Both the position numbers and the translations under genes were made by a program. From Octopus vulgaris (lineage: Eukaryota), in NCBI GenBank assembly GCA_951406725.2, contig OX597822.1:40796001-40860000 (forward strand): a stretch of 64,000 bases of DNA. The letters run 5' to 3'. The notes under the pieces are model-generated. The model searched no databases. It was not told the origin of the DNA and saw only the letters and a program-made list of their open reading frames with translations. Below, piece by piece: positions 28,276 through 40,514 of this stretch (its first letter is position 1; the number at the start of each line of letters is the position of its first letter).

Positions 28276-28593
28276 AGGCGGTGAGCTGGCTGAATCGTTA
28301 GCACGCCGGACAAATTGCTTAGCGGTATTTCGTCTGTCTTTACGTTCTGGGTTCAAATTCCGCCCAGGTCGACTTTGCATTTCATCCTTTCGGGGTCGAT
28401 AAATTAAGTACCAGTTACGCACTGGGTTCGATGTTATCGACTTAATCCCTTTGTCTGTCTTTGCTTGGACGTCGATATTGCCTTTCATCCTTTTGGGGTC
28501 GATAAATTAAGTACCAGTTGCGTACTGGGGTCGATCTAATCGACTGGCTCCCTTCCCTAAAATATCGGACCTTGTGCCTAGAGTAGAAAAGAG
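28276..28593 (+). mobile_element. Family B SINE with duplicated 3' segment
   Basis: Head ggcggtgagctggctgaatcg. The tttcatcctt..ggggtcgataaattaagtaccag block occurs twice. Confidence 0.85.
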
Positions 28594-29009
28594 TATTTTT
28601 TCCACTCCCTCGGTCGCCGTAGAAGGTTCCAATTACAAGATGACTGACCTGTTTTGCAAGTTTTATGGCAGAGTGTCCTTCTCCTAGAAGTGCTGCCTTG
28701 CCCGTGGCTTTGTCAAAAACAACAGGTACCTTCTTTATCCGTGGGATATCTATATAACCTATTGATAGGAACCTGACAGGTACTACTGCTCCGTGTCAGA
28801 ACGGAGCTGAGAATAATGGTAATTAAAGGGTGACTCCATGCACCCCGCAGCTACAGAACTCCCGAACTGGAGCCTCACCGCTGGATGTAGCTTAACGTCG
28901 TTCCAAGGACACGGACACACACACGTACATATATACATACATACATACATACATACATACATACATACATACATACATACATACATACATACATACATAC
29001 ATACATACA

Positions 29010-29253
29010 TTATGGCTGCCCCTTCGTTATCGAGTATGGCCATTGCACGAAGCTTAACTGTTACTGTTGTGATCGAATGTGACTTTTTAGCCCAGCCAAA
29101 GATCTACAATGTCTTGTACAAAATCGGCAACTAAAACCTTTACTGGTAATAGCTGGCTGTAGTTGTAACTGGACTTCATGTACCTTTGCATATATTTTAA
29201 GTCCTCCTGCCGAATTACACTCCCTTCCACATGCCCGACAGATATGATTGGTA
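29010..29253 (-). mobile_element. 3' end of an RTE-like LINE with two C2H2-like fingers
   Basis: HICRACGRECNSAGGLKIYAKVH...FSCRFCTRHCRSLAGLKSHIRS*, then a short 3' UTR running into (ATGT)n. Confidence 0.7.
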
Positions 29254-30271
29254 TGGTAACATGTAACCCAGTACAACCTGTTGCATGGTCGGGTCGTCGG
29301 CGACTAAACCGGCAACCCCATCAAGCTTGCTTGGTGAGGAAGGTGTTTATTGGACACCCTGCGGGATGAAAAACAAAACCCATCAAAGGGCGGAGAAACT
29401 CTTGAGAGTCAACGGCCATCCAATAAATATGTAATTTTTTTTTCTTAAAGCTTAAGGCTGTATCATGAGCGGGGAGGGGACATACATACATACATACATA
29501 AATGATGGCTTTTAATTCGTTGACGAGTACGACCATCACTAAAGAACTCATCGTAGATGTTAAAGACCTAACGTCAATAACAACTTACAACATCTCTATG
29601 ACTGTCACCTAGAAGGCCAAGTAATCCAGCAATCAACAAGAGCGGGATCTCCGGCTTCGCAATGGGGCAGGTATTATTTCAGAATTTCTTTTTCCTAGAG
29701 AGAGGTTTAAACAAAGACTAGTGGTCTTTCACTCTCATCTGTTGGATGGCCGCTGGCTCTACGAAGCTCATTCGCCCTTTGACATGGTTTTGCTTTCGTT
29801 CATTAAAGTGTCCAACGTAAACCGACCTCCTTAAGAATGAGGCTTCGTAGGGTTGTCGGCTTAGTCATCGACGGTCTGACTAAGCGACAGGTTATACTAG
29901 GTTACATGTTACCAGTAGCACTAAGAGTGACCTGACATACATACATACATACATAATCTTCTCAAAGCCAGAATGGGGAGAGCTAAATCGATGACTACAA
30001 ATCCAATCCATCACTGGAACTGTAAAAATCTGTGAAACTTTCCATAAGTTTATCATTTTATTATATATGAGCACGTCTAGAAATGCAACAATACGCATGA
30101 GAAAACATACATAAAACATACAAATCTGCACATACATACATACATACATACATACATACATACATACATACATACATACATACAAAAATACATACACATA
30201 CATATTCGCCGTGATTGATCGCTAGCTCCTAAACCTTTTTTTATTTTCTCTCCCTGTTTATTTCTGTGTTC

Positions 30272-30307
30272 CCTTCCGTTGAAGAGCGTAGGCTCGAAAC
30301 GTAAAAG
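30272..30307 (+). ncRNA. A6U-family hammerhead-like motif (also U4C)
   Basis: cctt CCGTTGA A gagc-gtag-gctc GAAA cg TA aaag. Confidence 0.5.
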
Positions 30308-30864
30308 ATTTCTCACTTCTCGAGCGTTAAACTAATACTTCTGTTTGTTGTTTACACACCCGTCTTCCTCTTTTGTTTTGTTTTTTTTATAAATTCCAAC
30401 TAAATACATACATACATACATACCTACATACATACATACATACATACATACATACATACATACATACATACATACATACATACATACATACATACATACA
30501 TACCCTGTTGTTGATATTGAAATTCCAATGAAGGAGTCCTGGATCTAGGCAAGAAACCGGTTCTTTCTCTATTGGCAAGAAATCTTGAAATAAACTGAAT
30601 AATGACATACATACATACATACATACATACATACATACATACATACATACATACATACATACATACATGTGCGCGTATGTGTATGTGAATATGCATGTTT
30701 TCAGATATACTTTATGTTTGTTCTTGTAAATTTTTATCTCAATGTTCATGTGGGAAATATAGTGAGTTCGAATGTTTTGCAAGACGCGTGTAGAATATAT
30801 ACACACATGGTATATGAAAGAGCCATAGGCGAGAGAGTTCTGAGCATATGTGTGCAGTATGTGA

Positions 30865-30930
<66 letters not shown>

Positions 30931-31249
30931 ATGGATATGTGTTGTTGTGGTTGTTACGTTTTTGTTATATTCCGTGTCAGTATCGAACCTGCAGACCTAT
31001 CATCGATAATGTTCCAGCCATTACCATCCCATCTTCTTTTTTAGACTGTAAGGTGCAATCGAAGGCTATTTGGCTACTGTTTCTAACAAGTTAAGTAACC
31101 ATATAGAACTTCCTTGTTTGCGTGGTGTGTGTATTATATACCCGGGGAGTGCATGATATGGGTTACATGTAGGTCAGATGTCTGCAATATAGGTCAAGTG
31201 CTCAAGAAGTAACTTGATTAATTGCTCAGACTCTATTTTTTCATATCTC

Positions 31250-32010
31250 TAATGATAGGCTTAAAATGGAATGATGTGCGGTTCAAAGTTCAGACGCAAC
31301 GTAATTGCACCGATAAGCCCGATAGTAATTTCAAAAAGCCAAAAGTTTGTATGGCGATTGGCCGAAAAAGAAAGGTGAAATTTCTAACGAAAAACCCTTT
31401 TTGGTTAGGAAAGACTGGTTTGAAAAGTTGAAGAAGTGCCTGAATTTGCACAACATATTAATGGCGAGAGAAAAAGTTAGTGTGGATACAGTGGTTGCTC
31501 TTAATTATCCTGAGTAGTTGGAGGAAATAATTAGTGAAGCGGCTATGCACATGAGTAAGTACACAACGTTAACGAAATTACTTTTATATCTCGAGAAGTA
31601 AAGACAGTACCAAGTTTTAAAGATTCCTAAGATCATCTGACACTGGGAACCTTTTGAAGGTTCCTAAGAACATCTGAGAGGAGATGCTGCTTATGATATG
31701 AAATTAAAGCCCTTACTCTTGTATCATTCCGAAAATCCAAGGACTTTCAAGGGCTACACAAATTTTGATTTATCTCCAGTTTAGCGCTCAAATAGGAAAC
31801 CGTTGATGATTAAGAGTCTTTTTCAAGGGTCGTTTACAAATATTTTTTTATATCAGTGCAAAACGTATAATACTAGACATAATATTTTCAACAAATATAC
31901 TGATCCACCTAGTGAACTTAAATAAGCTGCACGATATTATCCGAATAAAATCTATCCCCATGCACTGTACCTAGATGTGATAGCTAATTTCATGACATAT
32001 TATCTGAGAA
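31250..32010 (+). pseudogene. Tigger/pogo-family transposase remnant
   Basis: Fragments KDWFEKLKKCLNLHNIL...VSVDTVVALNYPE*LEEIISE, DAAYDMKLKPLLLYHSENPRTFKGY and DVIANFMTYYLR. Confidence 0.85.
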
Positions 32011-32426
32011 CGGTTCCTCCGAAGGTGCTCTTCGCCGAGCGTCCGAGGCGGCCGGTACGTTCACTTATAGAGGAAACTCTACAAGTTTTGTAAAAAAACT
32101 CCAATCGCGAACATAACATAAAAATTTACAAACGAATTTATAATGAACTCAATACGAACACTGAACTATACAAAGAGATGATGCGCCATAAACATTAAGT
32201 TTGTCACCCTCACGTAAATGGCGATGATATTGAGCAATAAGATCGAAGATAGTTTCCCCTCATCCTCTCAGAAACTCCTATTCCACCACCATCAGCCTTC
32301 ACACAGAAGTCAATACAATTTATAGTAAAAACGAACCCTATAACGATAATATGAGTTTTAATTATTCCCGGATGCATTTGAGATTTGTATGGCACATGTG
32401 TGAGAATTGTGTATGGAATGTATGTA

Positions 32427-32498
<72 letters not shown>

Positions 32499-32538
32499 GA
32501 AGCCATATTCAGATGGCTTTAGTCCCTTATGTTATATA

Positions 32539-32569
<31 letters not shown>

Positions 32570-33333
32570 TCGAACAGTTTATGTTGTATGTCAGTATGAA
32601 GTGACGAGATCTAGCTTAAATATCTTCCACTAAATCTCAAGCCTTATACGTGAAACTGGACTGACAGCCTGCGTGGAATTCTGTCGTCTAAACTCTCTGA
32701 AAAACTTAAAGGTTTAGCCAGGTTACAAATGTGTCACACTGGATTATGCATCATCAGGAGATTATGTTATGGGTTTGCGTTTCTATGGAATACTCAGCCA
32801 GTCATTACAATTCAAAAAGTAAACCGTTCGTTCGGACGAGCAACTGAAATACGCATCACTGATACCGACGGAAGATCTATTCATTTGTATTAAATATGCC
32901 AGTGTGCTTTGTGTAATATGTGCATACGATATGCGTATGGGTAATGTATGCGCGATATTTGTGTGATATTTTTGTGTATAGTATGTGTGATATGTGGTAT
33001 GATATGTCTGTGTGATATATGTATGTGATATGTGTTTAATATGTATTTAATGTATGTGTGATATTTGTGTGTGATATTTTCGTGCAAAGTGTGTGTATGA
33101 TGATATGTGGTATGTTGAATGATGTGTCTGTGTGAGACATGTATGTGATATGCCAATGTGATATGTGTGCGTGAGATACGTGTCTGTAATGAGTGCGTGT
33201 GTGTGTATGTGTGTAATATGCGCATTTGTAATATGTATATATATGTAGAATAGATATGCATGTATGTGTGTGATATATGAGTGTAATATGTGTATATGTG
33301 CGTGATATATGTGTTTGTAATATGTGTGTAATT

Positions 33334-33372
<39 letters not shown>

Positions 33373-34088
33373 GCACACACATATGAATGTGTGAGTAATA
33401 TGTTGTGTGCGCGAGCGCGCGTGTGTGTGTGTGTATGTGTGTGTGTTTGAAGATATATCACTGCTGCTATGACAATACCAAACATTGTTAAACGTTTCGC
33501 GTGTTTCAAGTCAATCGTACATCTTCGAAAGACAACACCATAATTAGAACCACAGCATTGCACCCCCACCTACCCTACCGACCCACCCTCCACCATCACA
33601 ACCACTAACATCGTTATCACTGTGTTGTTGTTGTTGTTATTGTTGTTGTTGTTGTCGTCGTTGTTGTTGTTGCTGTTGTTGTTTATGTCATTACAGTTTC
33701 TGGTGCCGCTGTTAGTTTACAGTTTAAACATTTTTACATGTCCCACCATATGGCTATAATAAATCTTGCGTAATGACTACATGCACACCACAAATCCACC
33801 TCTCTCTCCCTCTCCTCTCTCTCACTCTCCTCTCTTTTTTCCTCTTTCTCCAACTCTCTATCTCTTTATACATCTGTTTATCTCTTCCTCTCCTCTTTCC
33901 CTCCACCTGTCTCTTCTTTCAGTCTCCATATTCTTATGTATTTTGTTTCTCGCTAAAAAAAAATATTTAAAAAAACACAAGAATTCTCTAAATTCGGCCA
34001 TTTTTTATATACTATTTACAAGAATTTATGTTTCTTTCGGTATTAACTCTGTACAAAAGGTCGTAGCTTTTTTGCCTGCGCAAACGGT

Positions 34089-34333
34089 CTTTACTCTTTT
34101 ACTTGTTTCAGTCATTTGACTGTGGCCATGCTGGAGCAACGTCTTTAGTCGAGCAAATCGACCCTAGGACTTATTCTTTGTAAGCCTAGTATTTATTCTA
34201 TCGGTCTTTTTTGCCGAACCGCTAAGTTACGGGGACGTAAACACACCAGCATCGGTTGTCAAGCGATGTTGGGTAGACAAACACATATATACATACATAC
34301 ATACATACATACATACATACATACATACATACA

Positions 34334-34367
<34 letters not shown>

Positions 34368-34522
34368 CTACGAGCTTCTTTCAGTTTCCGTCTACCAAAT
34401 CCACTCACAAGGCTTTGGTCGGCCCAAGGCTATAGTAAAAGACACTTGCCCAAGGTGCCACGCAGTGGGACTGAACCCGGAGCCATGTGGTTGGTAAGCA
34501 AACTACTTCCCATACAGCCACG
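34089..34522 (-). mobile_element. Near full-length family A SINE
   Basis: Matches 11671-12095 along its length. Confidence 0.9.
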
Positions 34523-35507
34523 GTCATGACCTGTAAATATACGAATGGCTTTAGTTTCTGATTTACGAAACGGCTCTGCCTTTTGCTTATACAAACCTTG
34601 TATATCCATCGAATCCTAGGGTGACAAGGGATTCATTGTTTTACCTTAATAGATGGTATTCTTGTCATTTTCTTCTTGTTTATTGGTATCAATAAACAGA
34701 AATTTGATACCAATATCCCCCCAAGCTTAAGCAGTAACGGCTACAATTTGCTGGTCACTGTCATCGAGCAGAGAAAGAGGTTATCTCATCCCTGCTCCTA
34801 TGGCATCCCTCTGGAAGTGTTTTCTCCAGGAAACTGACATTTTCAGATACTATATCTCGGGACTCAGGGCTGGATATTAGAGATCTGAACACAGCAGGAC
34901 CGTGTAGTGCGGAAGGGGAATATCAATAGAATTCTCACCAACCATAGGTTGGTTGAACGATGTATAGTATGTGTGATATGTGGTATGATATGTTTATCCC
35001 TAGGTTAAACAACTTCTAACAAGTATATAATGGTTTCAAATTTTGACACAAGGCCAGCAATTTTAAGTGAGGGATTAAGTCAATTACACAGACCTCAGTA
35101 TTCAACTGGTACTTATTTTATTGACTTCGAAAAGAAAAAAGGCAAGGCCGACCACGGTGGAATTTGAACTCAGAACGTAAAACGCAGGAATAATTTCCAC
35201 GAAGCATTTTATTTTGTCCGAAGCCCGTAACGATTCTACCAGGTCGCTACCTTCAGCAAGCCTATAATAATTTCTACCACAAGAAAAAAACTGAAATTTA
35301 AAGAGAGTGGGGTTAGTCGACTACAACGCCCCCAGTGCTCAACTGGTATTTCTTTCATCGACCTTGAATGGATGAAAGGCGAAGTCGTCTGCGGTGAAAT
35401 TGAACTGAAATAATGAAGTGCTAAAAGAAATGACAGTAAGCATTGTTTCATCCACCGAATTTGAAGAAATAATTATACAGGAACCGTTCGTTCAATGTAT
35501 TGGAGCT

Positions 35508-35810
35508 TGCATTGATTGACATAGGAAATAATAATTAGTAAATAACACAAAAGACGCTCGTAGAAAATTGTCAGAGGCTGCTGTAAAGCAAGCCAATAAA
35601 TCTGGCTCAAGAGAGAGGACGATTTGTTCAGCAAGATTGAACATTGAGGATGGCAGAAACATCTGGCCCAGAGTCGCAAATTCCGACTCAAGAAAACTCG
35701 TACTGTTGTCAGCGAGCTTAATCGCCTGCATCGCTGATTGGTCTTGAGCCGCTTTGGTGTTGTGGCTGAAGGGGCCGAAACATCTATAGAGTCGCTTCAC
35801 CGTCAACAAC
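35508..35810 (+). mobile_element. Decayed Penelope-like 3' end: GIY-YIG C-terminal remnant followed by a degenerate hammerhead
   Basis: CID*...RRKLSEAA...LNIEDG resembles the IDW / RxxxEA / NxDxG tail of PLE endonucleases. It is followed by CTGAAGG ggcc GAAA catctataga GTC at 35766-35793. Confidence 0.5.
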
Positions 35811-35955
35811 AGACAGACAGTCAAACAGACAGATAGACAGACAGATAGATAGATAATATACATATATATATAAACCATTGCAGCGTGGAAGGTGTTTGTA
35901 AGCCATTTAAGAAACACGCAAAAGCCGTTCGATTCACTTCAACATTTAAGTTTAA

Positions 35956-36006
35956 TTTGTCAAAACATTTTCGTCGCTTTAAGACCGCGACCTGTTCACT
36001 GACAAA
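35956..36006 (-). ncRNA. G3-C8 hammerhead, left-arm copy
   Basis: tttgtca GTGAACA g gtcgc-ggtcttaaa-gcgac GAAA atgt TT tgacaaa. Confidence 0.6.
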
Positions 36007-36042
36007 AATTCGTGCTGCATATGAGCAGATGCAGCACGGATT

Positions 36043-36093
36043 TTTGTCAGTGAACAGGTCGCGGTCTTAAAGCGACGAAAATATTTTGACAAA
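36043..36093 (+). ncRNA. Type I hammerhead with swapped G3-C8 tertiary pair
   Basis: tttgtca GTGAACA g gtcgc-ggtcttaaa-gcgac GAAA atat TT tgacaaa: 7-bp stem I, 5-bp stem II and palindromic AAUAUU stem III. Confidence 0.7.
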
Positions 36094-36231
36094 TTAAACT
36101 TAAATGTTGAAGTGAATCGAACGGCTTTTGTGTGTTTTTTAAATGGCTTACAAACACCTTCCACGCTGCAATTGTTTTCGTTTCAGCACACGATCCCAGA
36201 TCAAATCACTTGCTATGCAAGTACATCTCCG

Positions 36232-36270
<39 letters not shown>

Positions 36271-36277
<7 letters not shown>

Positions 36278-36393
36278 GTGAATAATTATTAATTTTAAAA
36301 TTAACAATTATTACCACGTAGTTTTCGGTATGAAACCGATAACTACTTAGTAATAATTGTTAATTTTAAAATTAATAATTATTTACCCTTATA
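36271..36393. repeat. AT-rich fold-back hairpin
   Basis: tataagggtgaataattattaattttaaaattaacaattatta ... taataattgttaattttaaaattaataattatttacccttata. Confidence 0.9.
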
Positions 36394-36608
36394 TTAGTAA
36401 TGAAATTTTTCACTCCCTTATAACAAACCGTAGTTCTCTTTCTGCTGTACTATTTTTGTGACACACATAGTAATCTTGGAGGGAAAATATAATTCATTCG
36501 TCTATATGGATTTGGATATGCTGACTATCTTCTGCTATCTCCAATGGCGCAGGATCGGGATGCAAGAGATAGGTAAATAGCATTTGCAAATCTATAATTT
36601 ACTGGATT

Positions 36609-36667
36609 GTTGTGCTGATGATGGGAATGGGTTCTTTATAATTCTAACCCAGAAACGCGTCCACAAC
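36609..36667 (+). ncRNA. Canonical minimal type I hammerhead ribozyme
   Basis: gttgtg CTGATGA tggg-[22 nt]-ccca GAAA cgcg TC cacaac: perfect 6-bp stem I, palindromic ACGCGU stem III, GUC cleavage site after 36661. Confidence 0.85.
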
Positions 36668-36815
36668 TGACCGAAGACTGTCTGATCTCGTTATTTTCCT
36701 TCTTTTGCCTATGTGAGTTACAAGTAATGTTGTATGTGGAGCTATATCAGTCGTAAATAAGAAAAAGCAGTCTTCGGCTGCTATTTCTAAATTTTCGGTA
36801 TGTGGTTAAGCAACC

Positions 36816-36880
36816 TGTGTGTGTGTATAATTAGGGTTAAGCAACCTGTTGCTTAACCCTAATTATACACACACACACAC
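36816..36880. repeat. Fold-back hairpin terminating the hammerhead element
   Basis: tgtgtgtgtgtataattagggttaagcaac-ct-gttgcttaaccctaattatacacacacaca. Confidence 0.9.
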
Positions 36881-37101
36881 ACATTTACGTGCTTTTCCTA
36901 CAGCATTAAGATCACTTTAGCTCCTATTTCTAGCAATGTAGGTGTCTTGATGCCCTTAATCACGAATAGTATCCATTGAGATTTTCCATTATGGTATCAC
37001 ATTGCGCATGGCTGTTTATATTAATTTATTTATATGAGTATGTGTGTGTAAGTATGTGCGTATAAGTATGAATAAATAAATATGTGTATGTGTAATATAT
37101 A

Positions 37102-37163
<62 letters not shown>

Positions 37164-37524
37164 ATAGAAAGATGGATTTGAATATGGATATATATGCATA
37201 GATTAGATAGGTACAGATACATATGTATATGTATGTATCTGAGTGCGTCGGAAAAACTCACTGGATTAGCCTAAATAAACTTCGTGCGCGCGTGTGGTAT
37301 GTGTGTGTGTGTGTGTCCTCAGCGCCATCATTACTACATAGCCATAACAACTACACCTGCATACTGCCGACACCACCACCACCACCACCACCACCACCAC
37401 CACTACCACCCTCACAACATTAGTTATTTCCTCAAACTATAAATTACCACTCAACTGCCACCTAAACGTCTCAATTAGCTGCGGAAGAAAGTATGGGTGG
37501 TTGTATGGAGTTTTTTTAGGGGGC

Positions 37525-37579
<55 letters not shown>

Positions 37580-38165
37580 GGTGGTGGTTGTGATGGTGGT
37601 GGTTGTGATGGTGGTGGTGGTGGTGGTGGTAATAGTAGTAGTAGTGGTGGTGGTGGTGGCGCTGGTGATAGTAGTAGTAGTGGTGGTGGTGGTGGTAGTG
37701 GTAGTAGTAGTGGTGGTTGTGGTGGTAGTGGTGATAGTAGTAGTAGTAGTAGTAGAGGAATAACTGCAATAATTGTCATTGCAGAGGTGGTGGTGGTGGT
37801 GGTGGTAGTAGGTTTAAAATCCGTAAGTTAGAAACATCTCATAAACATTGCGCTCAAGAACAACAACAACAACAACAACAACAGTAATAGCCACAACACT
37901 AATAAAGAGACAATCAAATAGCAAAAGCTAATAACGACACGAACAGCAACAACAGCAACAACAACTGTAATGAATGGGTGAGGTGAGGTGAGCGGGGGTG
38001 GGGTGGGCTGGTGGGGTGGAGTAAAAAGAGAAAAAATATTTTTAAGACAAAGCAATTTACTGTCAAGAAAATGGCAAAACAACATCACAACATTTTGTAA
38101 ACTATTATCTCTCTCTACCTCTCCTCTTTCATTCTCTCCCACCCTCTCTTTCTCTCTCACTCACA

Positions 38166-38198
<33 letters not shown>

Positions 38199-38737
38199 TC
38201 TTTCCTCTCTATCGCTCTCATTCTTTCTCTCTCGTTCTCCACTTTCTTTCATTCTCTCCCACCCTTTCTCTTTCTTTCTTTCTCTCCCTCTCTCTCTCTC
38301 TCTCTCTAATCTTCTCTCGTTCTCTTCCTCTTTCCTCCCTCTCTCTATTATTCTCTCATTCTTTCCCTCTATCATTTTCATTCTCACTCATTCTTTCCCT
38401 CTATGGCTATCCTTCTCTCTCTCTCCCTCACTCTCCCGCTGACACTTTCTCTCTCGCTCCGTCTCTCATTCTCGCCCGCGTTGCACATACACACACACAC
38501 ACAACACACATGTATATACGTATATGTATGTATATAGAGACCCGTATATATAAATAGACGCAGGTATAGCTGTGTGGTAGCTTTGCAGCCACGTGATCTC
38601 GGGTTCAGTCCCGCTGCGTAACATCTTGGTCAGGTACCTTCCGCTAAAGCACTGACCTGGCCAAAGCTTATGAGTGGATTTGATGACGGAAACAGTTTGG
38701 AAATGCCTTGTGCGTGTGTGTGCACAGTTTACTTTCC

Positions 38738-38958
38738 CCCTTTCGTTACTGTATTTATCTTGAGATGCTCTGTGTTTCTTTCAATTACTTTAAATATTAC
38801 AAAGAATTTAGTACAATAACTTTGTTATCATTAAGCTATTGTTAGGAACATAAATTGTGACTAAGGTTTAGTGGAGGATTTTGATTCAAAACTTATGAAA
38901 ACAAGACATTTGTACTACAGAGCCAGAGACAGTTTCAGCCGAGTTAGTATCAAAAGGG
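38738..38958. mobile_element. piggyBac-type MITE, copy 1
   Basis: CCCTTT...AAAGGG termini, 221 bp, homologous to the adjacent copy. Confidence 0.75.
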
Positions 38959-38982
38959 TTTAAAATATCATGGTGACTTTAA

Positions 38983-39203
38983 CCCTTTTGTTACCATATT
39001 TCTGTTGAGATGCTCTGTGTTACTTTCAATTGATTTTAAATATAAAAAAGAATTTAGTAAAATAACTTAGTTACCATTCAGCTAGTTTTAGGAACATAAA
39101 TTGTGACTAAGGTTTGGTGGAAGATTTTAATTCAAAACTTATGAAAACAAGACATTTGTACTCAGAGCCAGATCTAGTTTCAGCAGGGTTGATAACGAAA
39201 GGG
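38983..39203. mobile_element. piggyBac-type MITE, copy 2, with TTAA target-site duplication
   Basis: TTAA-CCCTTTTGTTACCA ... TGATAACGAAAGGG-TTAA. Confidence 0.85.
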
Positions 39204-39219
39204 TTAATCTCTGATACTG

Positions 39220-39972
39220 GTTTCTAATTTTGGCACAATGCCAGAAAATTCGAGAGAGTGGGTGTTGATTACACGGACTCCTCCAGTGCACAATTTGTAC
39301 TTATTTTATCGACCCCGAAAGGATAAAAAGTAATATCGGTCTGAATTTGAACGCAGAACGTAAACACGAACAAAATGCCGCTAAGCATTTTGCCCGACGT
39401 GCTAACGATTCTGCCTGTTCGCCGCCTTATTTTATATTCCAATATTGGTTTTCAAATAAAGCGGTGGGCTGGCAGAAACGTTAGAACGACGGGTGAAATG
39501 CTTAGCGCTATTTCGTCTGTCTTTACGTTCAGAGTTCAAATTCCACCGCGGTCGACTTTGCCTTTCATCCTTTCGGGTTCGATAAATTAAGTACCAGTTG
39601 CATACTGGGGTCGGTCTAATCGGATTCTAAGTGTCTTCTATTATAGCCTTGGGCCGACCAAAGCCTTGTTTGTGGTTTTGGTTGACGGAAACTGAAAGAA
39701 GCCCGTCGTATATATGTATATATATGTGTATGTGTGCTGCGTATATGTTTGTGTGTGTGTTTGCCCCCCCCCCCACATCGCTTGACAACCGATGATAGTG
39801 TGTTTACGTCCCCGTAAATTAGCGGTTCGGCAAAATATAGAATAAGTACCAGGCTTATAGAATACTAGGCTTCCAAAGAATAAGTACTGGGGTCGATTTG
39901 CTCGACTAAAGTCAGTGTTCCAGCATGGCCGCAGTCAAATGACTGAAACAAGTAAAAGAGTAAAAGAGTAAG
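39220..39972. mobile_element. SINE cluster: family B (-) 39220-39428, family B (+) 39460-39625, family A 3' part (+) 39630-39972
   Basis: Direct motif matches to the other copies. Confidence 0.8.
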
Positions 39973-40514
39973 TACCTGGCTCTAAAGAAAAAAACACACA
40001 AACTATAGAAGGGATTGATCATGTCAAAACCTTGGTATGGAGTACCGACATTTTTATGACATCCCACTTTGAAGGCTATCTCCATGCAAATCAAGAACGT
40101 GATGTCCCCACCAAGTACCTAAAGCATAAGAGATAGAACGGATCTGGCCTAACCTGAACTGGTCAGGTATAGCCTCGATCGGTGAAGTTATATCAGATCA
40201 GTTGACATCAGGTCTACATAACACTTGGTAAGTATACCAGGCGAGTACGATACGAAGCTCAGTGGAAATCTGACTTAGATTTCATGCTGTCTTTGACATA
40301 ATATCTAAGCCTTAGAAGCTTTAAAAGCCACTGAAGTTTAGAAGCCAGCCATTTTTAAAATTGAATCACTGACCTAGAAAAAAAAAAAAAAAACATTTGT
40401 AGCGTGATAATGCTAATTTTTAGTCACTCATTAGTCATAGTCTAGTCTGCTATAAACATCGACTAAATATAAGACTTTGATGACTTTTCCAAATCGGTAT
40501 AAAGTCCGCTTTTG

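Larger units (their letters stand above)
35877..36172. repeat. Long fold-back palindrome with 144-bp arms and an 8-nt spacer
   Basis: 35877-36020 versus 36029-36172, with 4 mismatches seen. Confidence 0.95.

Noticed and set aside
34530-34950. Possible Gypsy gag-protease remnant on the minus strand (GIKFLFIDT)
   Set aside because: Too decayed to support without a profile search.
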